Assembly (NCBI GenBank): GCA_905178155.1 | Contig: CAJINV010000003.1 | Coordinates: 6,420,648-6,484,647 of the forward strand | Length of the DNA stretch: 64,000 bases | Source of the DNA: Amoebophrya sp. A120 | Lineage: Eukaryota > Protista > Dinoflagellata | Direction of reading: 5' to 3' | Shown here: one piece after another, positions 25,601 to 37,921 of the stretch | Layout of the letters: every line of letters starts with the position of its first letter | How positions within the stretch are numbered: the stretch's first letter is position 1 | Translations under genes and position numbers: made by a program | The notes under the pieces: model-generated | What the model was told of the DNA's origin: nothing | What the model saw: the letters and a program-made list of their open reading frames with translations, nothing else | Databases searched by the model: none

Positions 25601-28600
25601 CTGGAGAAAGTCCATGGAAAGCACATCGCCGCGATCGTCCCCAAGGACGAAATGTTCCAAGAGCCGTTGATCTGGACCACGTTCATGGCGGTGGCGGGCG
25701 GGAATGATAAGGTCTACTTGCCGATCAAGGACCTGGCGGCTCTACGCACGACGTTGGAAGACCAGCTGCGCCAGTACAATGAGGCCAACGCCGCCATGAA
25801 CCTGGTGCTCTTCGAGGACGCCATGAAGCACATTTCCCGTATTTGTCGCATCATCGACTTCCCATGCGGCCACGCGCTTCTCGTCGGTGTCGGTGGTTCA
25901 GGTAAGCAGTCGCTCTCGTACCTGTCCTGCTTCATCATGCAAATCACTGTGGTTCGTATCTTGGTCAATCAATCCTACGGGATGGCGGAGTTGAAGCTCG
26001 ACCTGCAGGAGTTCTACAAAAAAGCCGCGGTGAAACCCGGAACGCCGCACGCGTTTCTGATGACGGACGGCCAGATCGCGGATGAGCGGTTTCTGGTGTA
26101 CTTGAACGACATGCTTGCCTCCGGTAACATTCCGGATCTGTTCACCCGCGAGGAGTACGACGCCCACCTGGGCGCGATCCGCAACCTCGCGAAGGCCGCC
26201 GGCGTACCGGACGACCGCGACGCACTGTTTCAATACTTCCTAGATCGGGTCAGGAAGAACCTGCACATGATTTTGTGCCATTCGCCTGTCGGTGACGACT
26301 TCCGAATTCGTGGGCGCAAATTTCCGGCCTTGATCTCGTGCATGGTAGTTGACGAGTTCATGGCGTGGCCGCGGGACGCATTGCAGGGTGTCGCTGCCCG
26401 GTTCTTAGAACCGATGATCGACAGTGGCAACTTTCCCACGGATGAGATGATGACCACGGTGTGTGATAACATGGCGGAGGTGCACTTGTCGATTGATGTG
26501 GCGAATCAGCGCTACCTTGCGCAGGAGCGTCGCTACAATTACACGACACCCAAGTCTTTTTTGGAGCTCATTTCTTTCTACATGGTCATGTTGAAAGACC
26601 GTCAGGCGAAGGTGACGGTCAATTTCGAGCGGTTGGAGAAAGGTCTGACTATTATGGAACAGGTGCAGGAGAAAGTCGAGGGTTTGAAAGAGGATCTAAA
26701 GGTGACTATGGTGCAAGTCGAGGAAAAAAAAACCGCCACTGATGCGCTGATCGCACAGGTCACCGAGGCCACGGATAAGGCAAACATCGAGAAAGCCGCA
26801 GCGAACGAAGAAGCTGAGAAGACGAACGCCCTGGCCGCGGACGCAGCGGCGGTGAAAGCGCAGGCGGATGGGGAATTGTCCGAGGCTATGCCCGCGATGG
26901 AGGCTGCCAAGGAAGCGGTGAACTGCCTGACCAAGCCGGCCATCCAGGAGTTGAAATCGCTCGGTAAGCCGCCGGTCGAGTGTATCGACGTGTGTGCAGC
27001 GTGCGCGTTTTTGCTGAAGAACGAGAAGAAGAAGCTCGACTGGAAGGGCGCGCAGAAGATGATGAACAATCCTGGTGCGTTTCTGGATGAGATCTTAGCG
27101 TTCGATGCCAACAACATTCCCGACGAGGTACTGAAGAATGTTGAGCCGGTGCTTGCGCAGCCGTTCTTCACCTACGACATCATGAAGGGGAAGTCCACCG
27201 CCGCGGCTTACTTGACCAACTGGGTGATCAACATTGTCGGGTACAATAAGATCTACAAGAAGGTGGCGCCGTTGATGGAGAAGGTCCGCATCGCAACGGA
27301 AACGAAAGAGAAGGCCGAAGCAAGTCTAGCGATTGTCATGGCGCGGGTTAAAGAAGTGGAAGAGAAAGTCGCAAGCTTGAACGAAACGTTGAGCAACGCC
27401 GTGTCCGAGAAAGAAGCGGTCGAGGCGCAAGCGGCGGCTTGTTTGGAGAAGCTTGGTCTGGCGGAACGCTTGGTGAACGGGTTGGCGGATGAGTACAAGC
27501 GTTGGACCAACACGGTGAAGGACTTGAAGGAGTTAGGCCTTCTGTTGATCGGCGATTGTTTACTCGCTTCCGAGTTTGTCGGTTACATTTCGCCATTTTC
27601 GTCCAATTTCCGTTTGGACCTGTGGAAGAACCAATGGATTCCCGATATCGAAGGGCGAAAGATCCCGATTTCGAAGGGGGTGGACCCGTTGAAGGTATCT
27701 GCTGCAAAAATTTGGAATTCAAAACTGACAGACTAGTTGGACGTCGTCCATGAGATGCAGAGGATCTGTCGTAGCACGCAGTAAAGTTGCGGTGCGCTAT
27801 GCGCGAGTAAAGTAGAAACAAAATTTTTTGCATACGCCGCAATTTGTCCACACAGGTCTTGACCAACGAGGCCGAGATGGCTGGCTGGGCTAACGAGGGG
27901 CTCCCCGCTGATCGAGTTTCGCTGGAGAACGCCTCCGTGATCGTGTCTTGCGCCCGTTGGCCGTTGATGATCGATCCGCAGCTGCAGGGCGTGAAGTGGA
28001 TTAAGCAGCGGTTCGGCGAGGACTTGACCACGATTCAACTGAGTCAGAACAACTGGCTGAACAAGGTGGTGTACACGATTTCTATGGGTCTCACCCTGCT
28101 GATCGAAGCCGTCGGGTCCGAAATCGACGCGATCCTCGAGCCGCTGCTCGGGCGTGCGGTCATCAAGCGCGGCCGCTCGCAGTTCATCATCAAGCTCGGT
28201 GGTGAAGAGGTCGAGTACGACCCGAAGTTCAAGCTGTTTTTGCAGTCCAAACTGGCCAACCCGCACTACCGCCCGGAGATCGCGGCCCAGTGTACCATCA
28301 TCAACTTCATCGTAACGCCGTCCGGTCTCGAGGACCAGATTTTGGCTATTGTCGTCAACATCGAGAAGCCGGAGCTGGAACAAAAGAAACAGGAACTGGT
28401 CAGGAAGCAAAACGAATTCAAGGTGACCCTGTCCCAATTGGAGGACGACCTTCTCGCTCAGCTGTCCGCGGCGGATCCGGCCACGATTTTGGAAAACATG
28501 CCACTGATTGAAGGTCTGGAAGTGACGAAAGCCACCTCGGCCGAGATCAACGAGCAGGTACTTCAGTGTTTTTTTTTTGTGTGGTGGTCATTCTTTTTGC

Positions 28601-31428
28601 ATTTACAAAAATCGCAAACCTCGCACACTCATGCATTGAGAGTCCGTTCCATAGCAAGTGTAAGTTACAATCAAACAGCTCTATTAAACACTAATCCTTC
28701 CACCTCTTCAATGAAATTATTTCAGGTGAAAATCGCGGTTGCGACCGAGATCAAGATCAATGAGTCCCGCGAAATGTACCGTCCGGCCGCGGCCGAGGGC
28801 TCCATGTTGTTCTTTTTGATCATCCAACTGTGCTTCGTCGAACACATGTACCAGTACAGTCTTGACGCGTTCCGTGGCTTCTTGGAAAAAGCAATTGACA
28901 AAGCGCCACAGGACGAGGATACCCGGGTCCGTGCGCTGCATTTGATCGACACCATCCGCATGGTCGTGTTCCGGTGGGTGAATCGAGGGCTCTTCGAGAG
29001 GCACAAGCTGATTTTCTGTGCGTTGTTGACCTTCCAATTGTTTCAGAAGGGTGCTCTGAATGAGGATTACAACGCCACCTACATGGACTTTTTGCTGAAG
29101 GGTCCTGTCAAGCCGGGCATCGAAAACCCAATTGCCGAATGGTTGCCGAACACTGCGTGGTTCGCTGTCAACAAGCTCGTGGACTTGGAGGGATTCGATT
29201 CTTTTGCGCAGAACATGGAGAAGGACGCCCCGAATCGGTTTCGCGAGTGGTGCAACGAGCTCGCGCCAGAAGATGTGAAGTTACCGCTGGACTGGAAAAA
29301 GCTCGAGCAGGTTCCGTTCCAGAAACTGCTCGTCTTGCGCTGCCTCCGTCCTGACCGGATGACGATTGCTCTGACCGAATGGATCGTGAACGCTTTGCCG
29401 AACGGAAAGGAGTACGTCTTCTGCGACGGGTCCAGCTCCTTTTTCACGGTGTTATCCAATTCCTTCGAGGATTCTACCAACACGGTACCGATCTTCTTCA
29501 TTCTGTCCCAAGGTGCAGATCCGGTGAAGGAGGTCGAGGCGATGGGTCGCAAAATGATCGGCTTGCAGCCCAACGTGAACTACCACAATGTCGCGATGGG
29601 ACAGGGGCAGGACGTGGTCGCCATGGCGAAGCTGGACATGGGCCACAAGGAGGGGCATTGGGTTATGTTGCAGAACGTGCACTTGATGCCGTCGTGGTGT
29701 AAAGTTCTGGAGAAGACCCTCGATAACATGGCCATCGAGGGTTCGCACCCGAATTTCCGCTTGTTCCTCTCCGCCGATCCGTCGAACGGTATTCCGCCGG
29801 GTATTCTCGAACGGTCCATCAAATTGACCAACGAACCGCCGCAGGGGCTGCAGGCGAATCTGCGTCGTGCGTTCGCGCTGTTCACGAAAGAGGACTTCGA
29901 CGACCGTGACGCGAAGGTGAAGGCGATTCTGTTCGGTCTGTGCCACTTCCATGCGATCATGTTGGAGCGGAAGAAGTTCGGGCCCATGGGCTACAACATG
30001 ATGTACCCGTTCTCGAACGGTGACTTGCGCGATTCCGCTTCTGTCCTGTACAACTACCTCGAGGGCTCCTCTTCCGCGAAAATCCCGTGGGATGATCTCC
30101 GCTACATCTTCGGCGAGATTATGTACGGTGGACATATCGTCGATGATTACGATCGGCGGCTGTGTGCAACGTACCTCGCCTACTTCATGCGCGACGACAT
30201 TCTCGATGAGCTCCAACTTGTTCCCTACTGCGATAACAAGCTGGTCTGGTTCACCCCTGCGTCTGGTTCTCCGCACGAGAAGGTGGTGGAACACTTGGAA
30301 ACCATGCCAGCAGAATCCCCGCTCTTCTACGGGATGCACCCGAACGCCGAGATCGGATTCCGCACGACGCAATGTAACCTCATGTTCGACACGCTGCAAA
30401 ATCTCCGACCCAAAGAAGCTGCGGGTGATGGCGACGGAGCCACCGCCAGTCCGATGCAGATTGCGGAGCAGCTGTGCAATGAGATCTTCGAGGAGATCAA
30501 GGAGATCCGGTTCGCGGTGGAGGACACGAGCAAGGGTATGAGCGAGGAGGAGAAGGGTCCTTACCAGTTTGTTTTCCTGCATGAGTGTCAGAACATGAAC
30601 AATTTGATCGGCGAGATGGTCCGTGGTTTGGGGGAACTGCAATTGGGTTTCAAGGGTGAGCTGCAGATGTCCGAACAGATGGAAGCGCTAGCGGATTCCT
30701 TGTTCAAGGAGAAGATCGCGCCGCGGTGGCAGAAACTCGGGTTCCCGACCACGCGCAACCTGGCGAATTGGCTGTCCAACTTGAAGGAACGTTGCGAGCA
30801 GCTGAACGACTGGATTGGCGACCCGCTCACGATTCCGAAGGTAGAGCGTGTTTGATATTTTTAACAGATAAGTAGTAGTTTGTGATGCATAATAAAGAAC
30901 GTGCGGTAGAAACAACTCTTTTTTCTTTATGCAAGACTGTTTCTCTTTTCGATTTCTATACGACGCACATACTCACGCCAGGTCGTCGACATCGCGAAGT
31001 TCTTTAACCCGCGTTCATTCCTGACCGCGATCAAGCAGCTCTGCTGTCAGCAGCAGCAACTGGAGCTCGACAAACTGGACATGTTCACCGAAGTTACGAA
31101 GCGCGAGAAAGGTCAGATGGACGCCCATGCCCGTGACGGGTGCTACGTGTGTGGATTGTTCCTCGAGGGAGCACGATGGGACATCAATACGAATTCCATG
31201 GAAGAATCCAAGCCAAAGGAGATGTTCTGCAAGATGCCGGTCATCATCTGCAAGGCGGGATTGGCCTTGGATCGCGAAGAAAAGAATGTTTACATGTGCC
31301 CGACCTACTGCACGCCTGGCCGTCGGCCCGATTTCGTTTTCTTGGCTCAGTTGCGCACCAAGCAGCCGGGACAAAAGTGGATTTTGGGCGGAGTGGCGAT
31401 GATTTTGGATATCGGTATTTCCATGTGA
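16638..31428 (+). CDS. Axonemal dynein heavy chain, outer-arm beta type (ODA4/DNAH9-11-17-like), about 4584 aa; exons 16638..16907, 17079..17534, 17768..23844, 24007..27694, 27856..28557, 28726..30840, 30982..31428
   Basis: AAA1 GPAGTGKT and CFDEFNR, AAA3 GVPGTGKT, AAA4 GVGGSGKQ, AFPRFYF linker, stalk coiled coil, and C-terminal KWILGGVAMILD. Exon lengths sum to 13755 nt (4585 codons). Five introns are GT-AG; the intron 2 acceptor is ambiguous. Confidence 0.95.
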
Positions 31429-31722
31429 GGGTGAAAATTAGAAAAAACTAGCGGAATTGAATAACAATAAAACGAAAATTTACAACGCACAAAATAAGTG
31501 GCATTCCGATAGACAAGGAGTCCACATGCGCGACCGACTAGTAGTGCTACGTGGTATTAGGAAAAAACGGTTACTGACGACTGTGCTGGTTAAAAATTTG
31601 TTACACTAATTATTTGTGAAATCCTGAGGCTGCAGGCGGGCCATCGCCATCGGGAGAACTCACTGCACTACTACCTAATACCAGCGAGTCCGAGATACAT
31701 TTGAGCTTTTATGTTTGTTTCC

Positions 31723-31791
31723 ATTCTATTCTTATATTCGAAATCTATTACAATCAGAATTCTATTCTTATATTCGAGATCTATTACAATC
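31723..31791. repeat. Short tandem duplication, period 36 bp
   Basis: ATTCTATTCTTATATTCGA(A/G)ATCTATTACAATC occurs twice. Confidence 0.8.
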
Positions 31792-32926
31792 TATTTTTTG
31801 TTGTATTAAGGGCCAAAAGTAAAGCTAATCTCGTTTCGTGGTTAGCCCTGCCACAAGAACTGCAACTTCATTGCCGTTTCGGCACGATCTATTCAGAATC
31901 GGAAGATATTTTTTATGTTGTATTTGATGTTCGCGCGAGTGCGAACCCAAAAAACCTATCGGAATTAGGTTTGGTAAAAGTATTTTTAAATATGCGGAAG
32001 CAGGGACATTCTCTACCACCTCGAAAAAAGTTTGTCCTTGCGCATGCAGCAGTCGTAGCAGTAGGATTTTCTTCCCTAGGTGGAGGCAGAATCTTACGCG
32101 AAAAATGCAATATCTTCTCCTTTTCGATGTATTGAAATTTATTTTACGCCGCTTGCCGACGGATGTAGGAGAACACGCGAATTACAGGTTGTGCACTCTT
32201 ACGGATGTGCAAACGGAAGTAGGAGCTTGCTGCAGTCAGTGCGACGTTTGCTCTTACGCTTTGATCTAAGTACAGTAAAAATTGTTAATGGCTATATTTC
32301 TACATAATTATTTTATGCGGTGAATCAGACTTGCAGGTCTTAGAACTTAATTCTGCCCTTCTCCATCTGAGCGGGCAGCAGTTTTCAGAATCAGTTTCGC
32401 GCTAATTAAAAAGAGAAGGCTTGGCGACGTGATGGGTCGTTTTCTTCCTGTGTCGTTGTAGTGAAGCCTTTTCGAAAATTTCTTTTCTTGCTCAAGTTTC
32501 GTTATGAAAAAAAATTATCTTTGTACAGCTAAGTTTGATCTAAGTTTGATTGGAAGTTCAAGTTTCAACGACATTGTTTCAAATATATTATGGCGAGAAG
32601 TTTCTACTGCACAGCAACGTCTTTCAATGAACAATACTAGGTGTTTATTCTGTCGTGGTGCATTCCATCACAGAATGAAAGCTTGCATCGCCTGCTGCCC
32701 GTTGCTACAACTACGATGCGTTGGCTTTCTTGCCATCCCGAACCAGAAGAACCCATCGCCAGGGGTAATTTTCAGTAAAGATCAGAAATGATTCTTGCAG
32801 GTGTGCAATGAATGCAAAACTGAAACAAATATCAACCAACAGTCCGCGGTGTGCTTGGTAGCTTTGGAGTACCAGAGATGCGATCATGTTGCCATCCTCT
32901 ATGTTCCTTCGTGCGAGAAAAGATCC

Positions 32927-32977
32927 TCCGTAGCCATTTTGGCTCAAGCCACTTTTCCGTAGCCATTTTGGCTCAAG
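32927..32977 (+). other. Two tandem genomic copies of the dinoflagellate spliced leader (relict DinoSL)
   Basis: TCCGTAGCCATTTTGGCTCAAG at 32927..32948 and 32956..32977, identical to the DinoSL consensus DCCGTAGCCATTTTGGCTCAAG and separated by CCACTTT. Confidence 0.95.
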
Positions 32978-33015
32978 TAGAAAGGATCTCATCTCAGTCG
33001 AGGAAAAATATTGCG

Positions 33016-35301
33016 ATGCCACTTCAGTTTTTTGCCTGCTTATCTCGCACTTGGTTGTGTGTCTCGTTTTTTGGCTGGTCCGTCATAGCAGCTGCTGGGG
33101 AAACGGCACCAGCTGTGAACGATGGGAAAACGGTACCAGCTGCGAACGAGGTTAACAACACCACGACGGACGAGTCCGAACTAACGCTGCTACGCAATGT
33201 GGTGATCCCGGACCCGCACTATGGACACGTTAAATCGGTCGGGGCGTGCTACTACTGCTTCGACAAGTTGCGCAACAACATGGGTCTAGCGTCGACCGCA
33301 GACCAGCTGGACGAGGCTGATGCTGAAGACGACGACGACGACGACGACGTCAACACAAGAACGGAGAAAAGAGCGCCAGTCTTTGATGGTGCGACATCGC
33401 AGGAGTCAAACTCAAAGAGTGACGAGTCATCAAAAACCGCCTATCGCTACTCATCCAACGTGATGCGCTATGCGTTCAGCAAAAAACAACTTCTTCCCTT
33501 CTTCTACGGGCTTTCCACGGATCGGTGGACGCGGTACCGGCGTCGGCTGAACAAACTGCACTGTCCCCCGTACGTGCTGCAGGCGTTGCAGTTGTTTCGC
33601 AACACGACCGATTTCTTTCTAGATCTCGGCGGCGACTTGGGGGATTGCTCTGCGGCGGCCTTTTGGCGAAAACTCGTCAGGCGTGGCACGGTGAATGTGG
33701 ACGGCAGGGTAGCCGCTGTGCGGGCTTGGAAAGCGACCGCTGGAGCGTTCGCAGGCACGGGAAGCAGCTTGCGGAGCTCGGGCCAGTCCACTGATGAGGT
33801 GCAACTACCCGTCTCGCTGCAGCCTTCACACCAAATCTGGAAGCGACCCTTATTTCAGTCTTCTACGCTAGAGCAGAAGATCTCGACCACAAGTTTGTCT
33901 CAACCAGACGTCGAGAGTCATGAAGATGAATCACGTGCCTTCTTTCAGAAGCGCGCAAGCGCGTGGAAGACCGGGTGGACCGCTGCTCGCGGAGCTGCCG
34001 AGACACCCGAGATGCATTCCGTCGCAAGTAGCGCTCAAGACGAAGACCGTTGGTGGAGCTATTCCGTGCGGGCCCGATCCTCGTCCTCTTCGGACGCGGA
34101 CAACCTTCCTTTTCTCCTCGCGGGTGGTGCCTTTGTTCTGGGACCTGGCAGCGCCGTGGGAACGCTTCGCCGATTTCCCGAGTCTGGCGAGAGCTGCGGC
34201 GGGTTCACCGAGGCCTACTGTAAGGGCGACAACGCCTGCGGGGAGACGGCAAATCGTTTTGTAGGAACATGTCCTGTGGAGCGGTGGCAGGTTTGTAGTC
34301 GAGATGCTGGGGGAGGGGGACGAGGCAATAAAGCAACCACTGTCGATAGAAAAACACTCCTGGACGAAGATGACGACTGCATTGAGGTGGGTTCGGTCAA
34401 GAGTGTGGTTGACAAAGTGATGGTTGCCGCAGCAAGACTCGAACAACCAAACCCCAAGAGCATCGGCAGCAGCACTTCTTATTTCGGTTTGCGCGTGAAG
34501 CTAACCGGCTCGGACGTCTGGCCAGTGATCCGCGACATTCCGGACGAGTTTTTGAATTGCAAAGGCGCAAGTTCTTCTGATTCTCCTGCTGCTGGAAGTG
34601 CGAGGACATCTTCATCACAATTTTCATCTCACTCGTCGGCTGTATCGCAGCCCTGTATCCGATGGTTTTCTCTGGAGGATGTTTTCACGGTCTCCACCGC
34701 GGACGCGAAGCAGTTCATCCACAAGCTCTTTGTCCAGCACGACTTCGCTATGGTCCGCTTCCGGACGCAGCGCGAGAGCACGGTGATGAGCCTACCCTGT
34801 GTTCCGTTCCACGACTGGAAGCGGTGCAATGTGCGCGACGTGCTCGCGATCAATTGCGCGCCCGCGGCAGAGAATATCGTCGATAATGCACACGAAGAAG
34901 CAGCGGTGGCGGTGGACAAGAGCTGGCACCTGGCTGCCAGTCTTAGCAAGCTACTGAGCCCGGAGGAGCATGCAGCCACCAACCGAACGGCTCTGGAAAA
35001 ACTGGTCTACCGGAAGAATATTCGTAGGAAACAAGGTCAAAAACCAGATGCCGCAAGTGCGTCGTTTACTCTCAATGAAGCAAAAGCAATTGCATTTACC
35101 AAACAGTGCCTTCAAAACTTTCCGCAGCTGAAAGCGTTACAAAAACTTGATCCCAGCGGTATCCGTAGCTACGTTTCGGAAATTTCGTCCAGCCCCAAAA
35201 TGCCTTCAGTTTTAGGTTTCGCGGAGCACATCTTCGCAACTGTTCCGGCCGAAATATTTTTTGCAAGCAAGCCTCGCTCTCGGATCGATTTCGATCGCTG
35301 A
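33016..35301 (+). CDS. Intronless secreted or membrane-anchored protein with a divergent SAM-methyltransferase-like motif; probable retrogene
   Basis: 761-aa ORF starting 39 nt after the SL copies; hydrophobic N-terminus; FFLDLGGDLGDCS resembles methyltransferase motif I. Function is tentative. Confidence 0.65.
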   Translation: MPLQFFACLSRTWLCVSFFGWSVIAAAGETAPAVNDGKTVPAANEVNNTTTDESELTLLRNVVIPDPHYGHVKSVGACYYCFDKLRNNMGLASTADQLDEADAEDDDDDDDVNTRTEKRAPVFDGATSQESNSKSDESSKTAYRYSSNVMRYAFSKKQLLPFFYGLSTDRWTRYRRRLNKLHCPPYVLQALQLFRNTTDFFLDLGGDLGDCSAAAFWRKLVRRGTVNVDGRVAAVRAWKATAGAFAGTGSSLRSSGQSTDEVQLPVSLQPSHQIWKRPLFQSSTLEQKISTTSLSQPDVESHEDESRAFFQKRASAWKTGWTAARGAAETPEMHSVASSAQDEDRWWSYSVRARSSSSSDADNLPFLLAGGAFVLGPGSAVGTLRRFPESGESCGGFTEAYCKGDNACGETANRFVGTCPVERWQVCSRDAGGGGRGNKATTVDRKTLLDEDDDCIEVGSVKSVVDKVMVAAARLEQPNPKSIGSSTSYFGLRVKLTGSDVWPVIRDIPDEFLNCKGASSSDSPAAGSARTSSSQFSSHSSAVSQPCIRWFSLEDVFTVSTADAKQFIHKLFVQHDFAMVRFRTQRESTVMSLPCVPFHDWKRCNVRDVLAINCAPAAENIVDNAHEEAAVAVDKSWHLAASLSKLLSPEEHAATNRTALEKLVYRKNIRRKQGQKPDAASASFTLNEAKAIAFTKQCLQNFPQLKALQKLDPSGIRSYVSEISSSPKMPSVLGFAEHIFATVPAEIFFASKPRSRIDFDR

Positions 35302-36453
35302 TCGATCCATGATCTTCAGAAGCCACAAAATCTTGTTCGTAGATGATTTTTTGTCGCAGACAGAGAGGCATGACCGAGACTGAGTGGCAGTGGCGCACAA
35401 AAAATTCATTTACCGACAGCTCGGGGCGTGCTGGTATTCTATTCACAAACTTGCATGACACCACCTGCAAGAAGTAGCAATAGCCTACTAAGCGAGCCGG
35501 AGCAATGGGCATGCCTTTGTTTGTGCCAGCTCGTAAGATCAGGGTTGAGGATCAGTGTTGTTGTTGTTGCGATTTTTGCGTTGATCAGCCGCGCAGGTCC
35601 CCTAAAGTGGGAAAAACCAAGATCCAAGCAGGTGATGATAGCGAGTCGGTCAAAAACAAAACCGCCAAGAGCCCTGCAAAAACTGCCCTCACTCACTCAT
35701 CGGGTGGATGCGCCGCCGAGGTCCGCAGATACCTTAGTGAAAAAAAGAATAACACTGGTAATGGCTTAGTAAGAAAGAAAAAGATAGAAGTCGCAAAAAC
35801 TACGTCTATTGTTTTTGTGCTAGAATAGCCGCCCCGCTGAACAACGGGAGACGGCCTGGCCGGTGAGTGAGTACGCCGTCAACTGCTCGCCGGGGCGCTG
35901 CGTGGAAAGGCAGCGCCGCCGCATGTCGAGCCGGGGAACTAGTTTGCTTTGGTCCTCCCTTTTATTTTTGAAGTTCCCCGCCATCTCAAATCCTCCTTAA
36001 CTTGCCGCCTTACTCTTCATGGACATGGGGGAGGACATCAGCGCGTAGAACGGTTCGAACCAGGCTCGGGCTACAAGGCGACAGGTAAACCATCCCTACG
36101 CCCTCCGGTTGACCTTGACGAAGCTGACTACCAAACACTCTGCGGATTTCTATCAGCATCGCCGACACCTAGGGCCACGCCGCCGCGCACTCCGAGGGTA
36201 GATCAGACGGACCACAGAAGGGCGTTGCGAGGTGGCAACGACATCACTGAAGCGGGAGAGCGGAAGCAGGGTCTTCGTTCTACTGTGTGGCGTGCGTTAT
36301 TTACTAGCCCTGTCTAGCTTGCTATACATGGTTCTCCTCCTCCTCCTCCTCTGTGAAACAAGATTTACCGACTAGCATTCGCAAGGCTTTTCAGTACAAT
36401 CCCACTGGCTAAGTGTAAACCGGGGATGAAGCCTCCTTCCAAAGTAGACGTGC

Positions 36454-37921
36454 ATGAACGTCGCGTCTGAATCGAAGAAGAAATGGAAGATGGGGGGTAT
36501 TCGACGAATGCCATGGACACTCGCGGGGGTGGCTCTGCTGTCGGCATTGTCAGTGCGAAGCATAAGCTTGAAGTGGTTTTACACCACACGAAAAGCTTCG
36601 CGCACAAGCGAAGTCTCTGATGCAGTTACTACTACGGACACTGCAGAGCAATGCCCACTACCGCCGAATGCGCGGTGGTGCGACGTAAGACTGGTAAACG
36701 GAGTTTCATTTCCGAGTATGGAACTGGTGCAGCAAGCGGTCTTTTTTGGAGTTTTCGTTTCAAAATCAAAGCGTTGAGGCAAATATGTACACTTGGACGC
36801 GGAATGCGACGCCCCTGTCGTGCAATCGATATGGCTTAGACATCGACAGATCTACTCGTTCCTATGGAATTATGATATGTGAATGTTGTGAAGAGTGACT
36901 GTAATTGATTCAGATTCATCTGGCTCGTCGTGCGAAGGACTCGCTTAGAACAGTTCCTTGCATACTTGTGGCAGTCTACGCTAGCTCGGATATCGTCTCT
37001 AATAGTATCTGCCAAGTGGGATACTGGGAAGTGAGCGATTTTTCCGTCTTCGCGCCGCAATCTCGTAAAACCTCCTCGTCCACCCGTGTGACCGCGCTCG
37101 ACATCGGTGCGAATATCGGGTACTATTCGCTCAGTCTGATTGCGAGCGGAATGTTCGATCAGGTGATCGCGTTCGAACCCATGGAAAGTAACTTGCAGCT
37201 GCTGAAAGCGTCCCTATGTCGAAGTCCAGAGCTCGCGCAGAAGATTAAGCTGCACCCTGTTGCACTCGGTAAGCGTGACGAAACTTGCCAGCTGTATTCG
37301 GATCCCACAAACGTTGGCGACGGCGTTCTGCACTGCGGCACGGATTCCTTTCAGGGGATACCTGGGATACCGGGGGGCGCAGGGTACGTGAAGCGCGGCA
37401 GCGCTTTCCAAGTCAAGACGTTAGACGAGCTGCTCACGGCGGACGCCCTGCTTCCTCCGCAGGGCCTCGCGGCAGGGGAGCATGAGCGCAGTCAGTCGTT
37501 GGCCTCCCCCGCCTCGTCCGCCCCGGGTCAGCACGTGGCGTTCGTGAAGATGGATGTGGAGGGGCACGAGTGCGAGGTGCTGCAGGGCGGGACGAAGCTG
37601 CTGTCGCAGGTGCACCCGGACAAGGTCGAGACAGAAGTGTGGCCGAAGATGTCCACCCCAGAGTGCCAGGCGGCGCAGTACCTGCACATGTACGAGGACG
37701 CGGACTACCAGCTTGCGCGCGAGCCACTTTGCGCGTCGCCGGACACAGCGGCTGCTTTCGCCGCCGGCACCACCCAGATTTCCAACTACTACGCCTGCAG
37801 TTCATCCGGTCCCGCTAAGCATGGATCTCGATCGACGCTGGGACTCTTGGAAGAAGACGACACCAAAATGTTGAGTCACAGTCACGTCGTCCGTCTGTTG
37901 TTTTCTCGTCGCGGATTGTAG
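36454..37921 (+). CDS. FkbM-family (Methyltransf_21) methyltransferase, type II membrane anchor; exons ~36454..36715 and ~36969..37921
   Basis: Motifs ALDIGANIGYYS, VIAFEP, FVKMDVEGHECEVLQG and DIVSNSICQVGYWE; N-terminal hydrophobic segment. Confidence 0.85.
36717..36964. mobile_element. Degenerate TAT...ATA introner E in the FkbM gene
   Basis: IR TATGGAACTG / CAGTTCC(TTG)CATA. Removing element + 5 nt (36716..36968, GT..TG) gives FPMAVY. The TSD is diverged, and a GT-AG alternative at 36716..36953 is also in frame. Confidence 0.5.

Noticed and set aside
19448-30642. Long minus-strand ORFs (487 aa, 396 aa and others)
   Set aside because: Antisense shadows of the codon-biased dynein CDS.
3608-31428. 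Alternative genetic code or stop readthrough to explain broken ORFs
   Set aside because: The breaks are explained by phase-compatible introns, and long exons such as the 6-kb dynein exon have no internal stops.
32927-33000. SL RNA gene
   Set aside because: The SL copies are not followed by the GT donor and intron portion; they sit directly upstream of a protein ORF.
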